From NCBI GenBank assembly GCA_947313825.1, contig CAMZNJ010000055.1, positions 480 to 64,479 on the forward strand: a stretch of 64,000 bases of DNA, given 5' to 3'. Made by a program: the position numbers and the translations under genes. The notes below the pieces were generated by a model. That model was not told the origin of the DNA, did not search any database, and worked only from the letters and a program-made list of their open reading frames with translations. How positions within the stretch are numbered: position 1 is the first letter of the stretch; each line of letters begins with the position of its first letter. The stretch is from an uncultured Deferribacteraceae bacterium (GTDB taxonomy: Bacteria > Chrysiogenota > Deferribacteres > CAMZNJ01). This document shows positions 57,564 through 64,000 of the stretch, piece by piece.

Positions 57564-59275
57564 CCCAAAAACCGAAACAATCAAAACAACCACTGCTTAC
57601 CCTACAAAACCTCAACACAACCCTCTACGCAAACAACTCAACAACAAAACTACTCCAAAACGTTGACCTACAACTCAACGAAAACGAAATAATGGCCCTC
57701 GTCGGACTCTCGGGAAGCGGAAAAACAATGCTGTGGAAATCCATGGTCGGTGTACTGCAACACAAAACAACAAAACAACCAAACAACAGCTTCATCACCG
57801 AAGCAACAATGGACGGCTCCATCACAAACAACACTCAAACACAATCACTAAACAAACTACTCGGACAAAAAAACGGCATCGGTATCATATTCCAAGAACC
57901 ACACGCATCACTCGACCCACTCATGACAATAGGGGAACAAATAAGCGAAGTCCTCAAGCTACACAGTAGCGAGCCACACAGTAGCAAGCCACACAGTAGC
58001 AAGCCACACCGTCGAAAAAAATTGACCAAACAGGAGCTAACAAACAAAGTACACGACGCCCTAACACAAGTCGAACTCAACCCAAACTACAACAACCGAT
58101 ACCCACACCAACTCTCTGGCGGTGAAGCACAACGCGTCGCAATCGCACTGGCAATCGCAAACAAACCCAAACTCATCATCGCTGACGAACCAACTTCAAA
58201 CCTAGACGAAACAAACCAAACACTCATCATCAACATGCTACAAAAACTCTGCCAACAAAATAGCACATCCCTGATTCTCATTACCCACAACATCGCCATG
58301 GCAGCATCTGTTGCACAAAAAATCGCCATTCTACAAAATGGCACCATCATCGAAACAATAAACAACATACCAAACAACAACATGGACAAACTCATCGCCA
58401 ATGCCAAACAAAAACACACCAAAAACCTACTCATCGCAAACCAATTTCAACCAAAACACAAAACAACCCACAACGCTGACAACAAAAAAGCACGATTCTT
58501 CACCGTGCTCGAAAACAATACCCAAACAAATACAAACAATCCACTAACGCCAAAAGGGGAAAATATTACGCAAACAATGTGGGTCAAAGGTGCCACAAAT
58601 CAACAAATTAACCTCAACAAATGCACCAACGCCATCGAAATCAAAAACCTTACCAAAATATACAACAACCGTAAAGGGAACGCCACAGCACTGAAAAACA
58701 TCAACCTAAACATACCCGCAGGAAAAATCACAACACTAGTCGGACAATCAGGGAGAGGCAAATCAACCCTCGCAAACATACTCGCAGGGCTGGAAACACC
58801 CTCTGAAGGAACAATCACCGTATGGGGAGAAAAAACAAACCCAACACAACGCTACAAACATATCAGAATCGTAACACAATACCCAAACACAATGCTCAAC
58901 CCAAAAATGACCATCAAAAATATACTGCGTAACAGTGCCACAAACAACTACAACCCCGCAATACACCCATACCACGTGAAATACCTGATGAACGAATTCA
59001 TACTGCCAACAAACACACTCAACAAATACCCACACCAACTCTCTGGCGGACAAAAACAACGTATCGCAATAATGACAGCACTCATGGGGGGAGCAACAAT
59101 CCTCATCGCAGACGAAATCACTTCCGCCCTCGACGCCAACGCAGCCGCAACAATACTAAATATGCTACTGGACATCAACGAACGAATGGGCACAACAATA
59201 CTGCTCACAACACACAACACAGCAATAATTAAAGGGTTTGCAGACCATACCGCAACGCTGGATAGCCACGGCTAA
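57560..59275 (+). CDS. Fused double-domain peptide ABC ATPase (DppD-DppF-like)
   Basis: GLSGSGKT and GQSGRGKS Walker A; YPHQLSGG twice; ADEPT and ADEIT. Confidence 0.9.
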   Translation: MTQKPKQSKQPLLTLQNLNTTLYANNSTTKLLQNVDLQLNENEIMALVGLSGSGKTMLWKSMVGVLQHKTTKQPNNSFITEATMDGSITNNTQTQSLNKLLGQKNGIGIIFQEPHASLDPLMTIGEQISEVLKLHSSEPHSSKPHSSKPHRRKKLTKQELTNKVHDALTQVELNPNYNNRYPHQLSGGEAQRVAIALAIANKPKLIIADEPTSNLDETNQTLIINMLQKLCQQNSTSLILITHNIAMAASVAQKIAILQNGTIIETINNIPNNNMDKLIANAKQKHTKNLLIANQFQPKHKTTHNADNKKARFFTVLENNTQTNTNNPLTPKGENITQTMWVKGATNQQINLNKCTNAIEIKNLTKIYNNRKGNATALKNINLNIPAGKITTLVGQSGRGKSTLANILAGLETPSEGTITVWGEKTNPTQRYKHIRIVTQYPNTMLNPKMTIKNILRNSATNNYNPAIHPYHVKYLMNEFILPTNTLNKYPHQLSGGQKQRIAIMTALMGGATILIADEITSALDANAAATILNMLLDINERMGTTILLTTHNTAIIKGFADHTATLDSHG

Positions 59276-59290
59276 GGGCAAGATGACCAC

Positions 59291-59573
59291 AGGACGGACG
59301 TGCGTGTGTGTGCTGACGCTGGACGTGTGCGTTGCTGACGCTGGACGTGTGCGTTGCTGACGCTGGATGCGTGTGCGTTGCTGACGCTGGACGTGTGTGT
59401 GTTGCTGACGCTGGATGCGTGTGCGTGCTAACGCTGGATGCGTGTGCGTGCTGACGCTGGACGTGTGTGCGTGCTGACGCTGGACGTGTGTGCGTGCTGA
59501 CGCTGGACGCGTGTGTGTTGCTGACGGACGGCACCGCGGACGGCAACCACGGACGGCACCGCGGACGGCACCA
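59291..59573. repeat. GCTGACGCTGGA(C/T)GTGTG array plus GGACGGCACC array between the convergent ABC ATPase and dnaB
   Basis: Direct reading; about 10 units of the first module, then 4 of the second. Confidence 0.95.
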
Positions 59574-59594
59574 CAAAACCAAGAAGAGCGTCAA

Positions 59595-61013
59595 CTACCG
59601 ACCCTGATTGTAGGAGCCCTGATAAGGCGTCTTATCCTTGAACCGCACGTAAGTGCTCTCAAACAGCAACTCAACCATGCCTGTAGGTCCATTACGGTGT
59701 TTCGAGATTATCACCTCGGCAATACCCGGTTTGGTGCACTTCTCCTTGGTGTAAACCTCGTCGCGATAAAGGAACATGATTATATCCGCATCCTGCTCGA
59801 TGGCACCACTCTCACGCAGATCAGATGGGTTTGGTCGTTTGTCGGCACGTTTTTCCACATCACGATTGAGCTGAGATAGTGCTACAATGGGCAGTTCGAG
59901 TTCTTTGGCAAGGGCTTTCAGCGATCGTGATATTTGTGAGATTTCTTGCTCGCGGTTATCCCCACCGATGCCCGACATGAGTTGCAAGTAGTCGATTATG
60001 ATGAGGTCGAGCCCGCTGCGAGCTTTAAGGCGTCGTGCTTTGGAGCGAAGTTCTGAGATGGTTATGGATGGTGTATCGTCGATATAAAACGGGAGTTCGG
60101 CGAATTCGTTTGCTGCATTACGGATGAGTGTCCAAGTCTCTTTTTTGAATTTGCCTGAGCGTATTTCAGAGGCGGGCACACCTGCACTTGTTGAGATTAA
60201 GCGTTGAACAAGCTGTCCACTGCTCATTTCGAGGGAGAAAACCGCAACAGATTTACCCTCCTTGGCAACATTTAGCCCCATGCTGAGAGCGAACGCTGTT
60301 TTCCCCATGGCAGGACGACCTGCAACGATAATTAGGTCAGTAGGTTGCAGTCCACTGGTGATTTGGTCAAGCTCAGAAAATTTTGTTGCAAGCCCTGTAA
60401 TCCCTTCGTGGGTTTGGTTTAGCCATAGTGAGTCGAGGTTTTCGAGGAACCCCACAACAATATCTTCCATGGGCACAAGGTCGGAGCGATTTTGTTGTTG
60501 CGTTATGTCCAGAATCTCTTTCTCAACGCTGTCGATGAAATCTTCCATGTGCACACTTTTGTCGGACTCAGTACGGCAACGCTCAACAATATGACCGCAC
60601 GATTTGACAAGTTTGCGTAATGTGGAGTAGAAGTAAACAACCTTGATGTAGTCGCCAATATTGATTGTTTCGGGGTATGTGAAGCTGAGTTCGTGAATGA
60701 ATTCGGCAAAGCCGTGCACGTCCATTTGCGACCGCTCTTGTAGGATATGGATTAGTGAGGGCATGTCTAGGGGTCGTTCGGATTGGAAGAGTTTTTTGAG
60801 TGCACTGAATGTTGTTGCGTGGTTTGATTGTGCGAAATCGGCTTCGGTGAGTTTGGAGAAAACTTCGTCGGCAACGGTGGCGTCGGTGATGAGTGATGCC
60901 AGCACGGCTCTCTCCATCTCTGTCGCCTTCATGAAGCCGTAACTTAGTGCCCCGCCGGCTTCATAGTTGTTGTTGTCCATGATTGTGTTGTCGTTGTCGT
61001 TGTAGTTGTCCAT
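59595..61013 (-). CDS. dnaB: Replicative DNA helicase
   Basis: AGRPAMGKT, FSLEMS, IDYLQLM, LSQLNR, DLRESGAIEQDAD, KHRNGP. Confidence 0.98.
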   Translation of the reverse strand: MDNYNDNDNTIMDNNNYEAGGALSYGFMKATEMERAVLASLITDATVADEVFSKLTEADFAQSNHATTFSALKKLFQSERPLDMPSLIHILQERSQMDVHGFAEFIHELSFTYPETINIGDYIKVVYFYSTLRKLVKSCGHIVERCRTESDKSVHMEDFIDSVEKEILDITQQQNRSDLVPMEDIVVGFLENLDSLWLNQTHEGITGLATKFSELDQITSGLQPTDLIIVAGRPAMGKTAFALSMGLNVAKEGKSVAVFSLEMSSGQLVQRLISTSAGVPASEIRSGKFKKETWTLIRNAANEFAELPFYIDDTPSITISELRSKARRLKARSGLDLIIIDYLQLMSGIGGDNREQEISQISRSLKALAKELELPIVALSQLNRDVEKRADKRPNPSDLRESGAIEQDADIIMFLYRDEVYTKEKCTKPGIAEVIISKHRNGPTGMVELLFESTYVRFKDKTPYQGSYNQGR

Positions 61014-61022
61014 GTTGAGTAT

Positions 61023-61478
61023 CTACTCGGCGACGATGCCTTTTACGGCCAGGGTAAATTCGCCTTTTACCCCTTTGTACAGGTTGACAACAATGGTGTG
61101 TTCCCCTGTCTTTTTAATACCTTTGCGTTCCACTTCGATCATACGTTTGTCCATTTCGATGCCACGTTCGGCGAGCATTTTGGCGATATCGTTGTTTGTG
61201 ATGGCACCGAATAGTGAACCCCCTTTCCCTGCTTTGGCGGTGGTTTCAATGCGTATGTCTCTTAGTGTGCGAGCCAAGTCCACGGCTTCTTGTAGTCGAG
61301 CGTCTTCAGCGGCTTGCACCTTTGCTGCTTCGGCGGCGATACGTTTGAGGTTTGAGGGTGTTGCCCTTGTTGCCATTTTTTGTCGAAAGAGCACGTTATT
61401 GGCGTAACCGTCCTTCACTTCTTTGATATCGCCTTTTTTGGCGATACCCTTCATATCTTTAAGAAATATTACTTTCAT
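61023..61478 (-). CDS. rplI: 50S ribosomal protein L9
   Basis: [29 protein letters not shown]. Confidence 0.96.
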   Translation of the reverse strand: MKVIFLKDMKGIAKKGDIKEVKDGYANNVLFRQKMATRATPSNLKRIAAEAAKVQAAEDARLQEAVDLARTLRDIRIETTAKAGKGGSLFGAITNNDIAKMLAERGIEMDKRMIEVERKGIKKTGEHTIVVNLYKGVKGEFTLAVKGIVAE

Positions 61479-61586
61479 AACAACCCCCCCTCTTTTCAGG
61501 GTATTTTTCATTTTCAGTAGTTATGCATTGTAGCACATTTTTTGCCAATACTGTAGTGGTAACTTTTATAATGGGTAAAACCTATG

Positions 61587-62450
61587 TTATGCTCCCATTA
61601 TTTTGTCGATGGCTTCACCAACGGTTGCAACAATGTGTGTGGCGTGTTCTTTGACGTCGTCTGAGGCATTGTCCATTGCGAAAGATACTTTCACAGCTTG
61701 AAACATGGGTATGTCGTTGCCATTGTCGCCAACAGCGTAGCAATTGTCGAGGTTGAAATTGGCATGTTTTGCGACAAATTTGAGTCCTGCACCTTTGGTG
61801 GAAGCGAGGGGAACAACTTCCACAGTATTGGGGCTAGTCATGGGGTAGTAGAATTTGCCAGGGAAGAGCGATTCTATGCCCTCTTTTTCTGCACTGAATT
61901 CGGGTGTGTTCTTGAAGATAACGTATTTCACGGGGCGAATACTTTGGATACGATTGGCAAAGCCGTTAACGTCTTCGAATATGGGTGTTCTGCCGATATC
62001 GCCACCGAGGTAGCCGGTGAGTTCGGGTCGTGTGGTGATGATGTACCTGTTGGCGTCGTTGGTGAACTCTAGTCGAATGTAGCTCGGATCGTCAAGGGCA
62101 ACTGTGCGTTCGTTGGACAGCCCCTCCAAGTGGTTGTAAAGGGCAACGGTTACGTCATCGTCGATGCGAATATCTTGCAGTGTATTCCCTTCAGCGTCGA
62201 GGATAACAGCTCCGTTTTGCGAAACACGGTAGTTGCCACCGCGATCGATTCGCCGTTCGAAATGGGTAATATCATCGTACTGTCGACCTGTGGCGATGAT
62301 GAATTCGTTACCAGCATCACAAAACTGACGAATTCTTGTTAGCGTGTATTCATCAATCTCCCCTAGGTGGTTGATGAGCGTGCCATCCAAGTCGCAAAAA
62401 AGTATTTTTTTACTGCTGTCCGTATTTGCTGTATTTGCCGTCGTTGCCAT
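61587..62450 (-). CDS. Cof-type HAD IIB hydrolase
   Basis: DLDGTL, IATGR, NGA, KGAGL, GDNGNDIPMF. Confidence 0.92.
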   Translation of the reverse strand: MATTANTANTDSSKKILFCDLDGTLINHLGEIDEYTLTRIRQFCDAGNEFIIATGRQYDDITHFERRIDRGGNYRVSQNGAVILDAEGNTLQDIRIDDDVTVALYNHLEGLSNERTVALDDPSYIRLEFTNDANRYIITTRPELTGYLGGDIGRTPIFEDVNGFANRIQSIRPVKYVIFKNTPEFSAEKEGIESLFPGKFYYPMTSPNTVEVVPLASTKGAGLKFVAKHANFNLDNCYAVGDNGNDIPMFQAVKVSFAMDNASDDVKEHATHIVATVGEAIDKIMGA

Positions 62451-62523
62451 AGTTGCACCTTGCCTTAACTATTTATTTCATCCTGTCTAACGCATACTTG
62501 TGAGGTTGTGGTGGGGGACGGGG

Positions 62524-64000
62524 TTATGAACTAGTATTGTCGCCGTTACCGTTACCATCGTCCTCGTCCTCGCCATCATCGTCTATGCCGGGGGGCAAAA
62601 CAGCAAACGTAATAATGGAGTCGCCACCGGTAGACATGAGCTTGACGCCTTGGGTTGCTCGACCTAATAGGGATATCTCGCCAACATTCAGCTTAATCAG
62701 CTTGCCCGACTTGGATACAAGAACCAGATCGTTCTCAACAGTAACAACATTCGCACCAACTATCTCCCCTGTTTTTTCCGTAACATTGGAGAGTTTCGTA
62801 CCCTGTCCGCCACGTGCTTGCAAGCGGTAGTCGTCCAAGGAGGATCGTTTGCCGTACCCGTTTTCGGTAACGGTCAGTATTTGGTCGGCTTGAGTGGCAA
62901 CGTTGATGCTCACAACAGCATCCCCTTCCGACAGGGTAATACCACGGACACCTTGTGCAACTCGACCGATGGCACGAACGTCTGACAGCTTGAACTGTAT
63001 GGATTTACCCTGCCTTGTGGCAATGAATACGTAGGAGTCTTCACTTGCTGAAACATGTCCGATTATTTCGTCGCCGTCCCTCAAGTTGATACCGCGAATA
63101 CCCGAGCGTTCGCTTTTGAATACTGAGAATGGTGAGCGTTTGATCATCCCATTTTTGGTAACAACAACGGAGTCTAGTTTCATAATATCTTTGGTCAGGG
63201 GCAGAATGCTTACGATACGTTCGTCTTCATTGAGTGAGAGTGAGTTGGAGATATGTCGACCGCGGGCAACACGACCCATCTCAGAGATTTCGTAAGCTTT
63301 GAGGTAGTGTACGCGACCCTGATTGGTGAATATAAATAACTTGGTGTGGTTGGTGGTATGGATAACATCCGTAACAAAGTCTTCGCCGTCTCCCGAGGTG
63401 GACGAGCTCATTTTGCCCTTACCGCCACGACGTTGCGACTGGAACGCATCACTAGGCATACGTTTAATGTATCCGTAATGGGTAAATGTGATGATAGCGT
63501 TGTCGTCGGCAACAAGGTCTTCCATGCTAATCTCCCCTTCAACAGGGATGATTTCCGTACGCCTATCGTCGCCATAAGCCTCTTTGACACCCGCAAGCTC
63601 ATCGCGAACAACACCCATGAGAACCTCACGACTATTGAGGATACCCATGAGGTATTCAATATTTTTCAGTATCTCTTGGTATTCTTCGTTGAGTTTGTCT
63701 ATTTCTAGGCTAGTGATTTTCGCCAAACGCATGTCGAGAATCGCCTGTGCTTGGATATCGGACAAACTGAATCGCTCTTTCAACCGACGTTTCGCCTCAG
63801 GCGTATCGGCAGAGGTGCGGATAATGCTTACAACTTCGTCGATGTTTGACACAGCTGTACGCAAGCCTTCAATGAGGTGCAACCTGTCGTTAGCCTTGCG
63901 TAAGAAGAACTCTGTACGACGACGAACAACGATAACACGGTGTGCCTTAAACTCCTCCAAAAGCCCAATAAGGTTCATCACCTTAGGACGACCGTTAACA
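62524..64000 (-). CDS. gyrA: DNA gyrase subunit A, 3' part (5' end outside the window)
   Basis: QAQAILDMRL, GyrA-box QRRGGKG, beta-pinwheel repeats, acidic tail. Confidence 0.96.
   Translation of the reverse strand, partial: VNGRPKVMNLIGLLEEFKAHRVIVVRRRTEFFLRKANDRLHLIEGLRTAVSNIDEVVSIIRTSADTPEAKRRLKERFSLSDIQAQAILDMRLAKITSLEIDKLNEEYQEILKNIEYLMGILNSREVLMGVVRDELAGVKEAYGDDRRTEIIPVEGEISMEDLVADDNAIITFTHYGYIKRMPSDAFQSQRRGGKGKMSSSTSGDGEDFVTDVIHTTNHTKLFIFTNQGRVHYLKAYEISEMGRVARGRHISNSLSLNEDERIVSILPLTKDIMKLDSVVVTKNGMIKRSPFSVFKSERSGIRGINLRDGDEIIGHVSASEDSYVFIATRQGKSIQFKLSDVRAIGRVAQGVRGITLSEGDAVVSINVATQADQILTVTENGYGKRSSLDDYRLQARGGQGTKLSNVTEKTGEIVGANVVTVENDLVLVSKSGKLIKLNVGEISLLGRATQGVKLMSTGGDSIITFAVLPPGIDDDGEDEDDGNGNGDNTSS

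Noticed and set aside
1..64000. Stop-codon reassignment, inteins (dnaB, gyrA), tRNA/rRNA, IS or prophage
   Set aside because: Conserved genes are normal length and end at TAA, TAG or TGA; no intein-sized insertions, cloverleafs, transposases or integrases were seen.

Overview
64 kb of a diderm bacterial chromosome made up mostly of housekeeping genes: an M16 peptidase (partial), a receiver-domain protein with a PopZ/RomR-like tail, coaD-rsmD, the yceD-rpmF-plsX-fabH-fabD-fabG-acpP-fabF-rnc operon, a glucose-family PTS EIICB, ushA, tatD, dapFAB, a CPA2 antiporter, pta-ackA, an NhaC-family transporter, fmt-rpe, pstCAB-phoU-gmhB, lnt, an amidase, uvrA, a degenerate 2Fe-2S/ASKHA protein, an S4 protein, two SurA-like foldases, tadA, two hypothetical membrane proteins, an ECF sigma/anti-sigma/DegP cluster, a peptide ABC transporter, dnaB, rplI, a Cof hydrolase and the 3' part of gyrA. 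Gene content and protein style tentatively suggest a host-associated Deferribacterota or deltaproteobacteria-like lineage (inference only). I found no rRNA, tRNA, CRISPR array, transposase or prophage. The unusual features are mostly genome architecture. (1) Modular tandem arrays of 130-420 bp, each with a different sequence, start at stop codons and fill all four convergent gene junctions; smaller ones follow other stops. (2) A+C versus G+T strand bias appears to flip every few kb, even within operons and genes (judged by eye). (3) In-frame microsatellite expansions are widespread. (4) Long hairpins with many G-U pairs form on only one strand. Protein-level candidates are the receiver-disordered-PopZ/RomR-like scaffold, a TerB-like/DUF4230-like pair upstream of the ECF-DegP cluster, and the eroded RACo-like protein. 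All family calls come from motif reading, with no database search.
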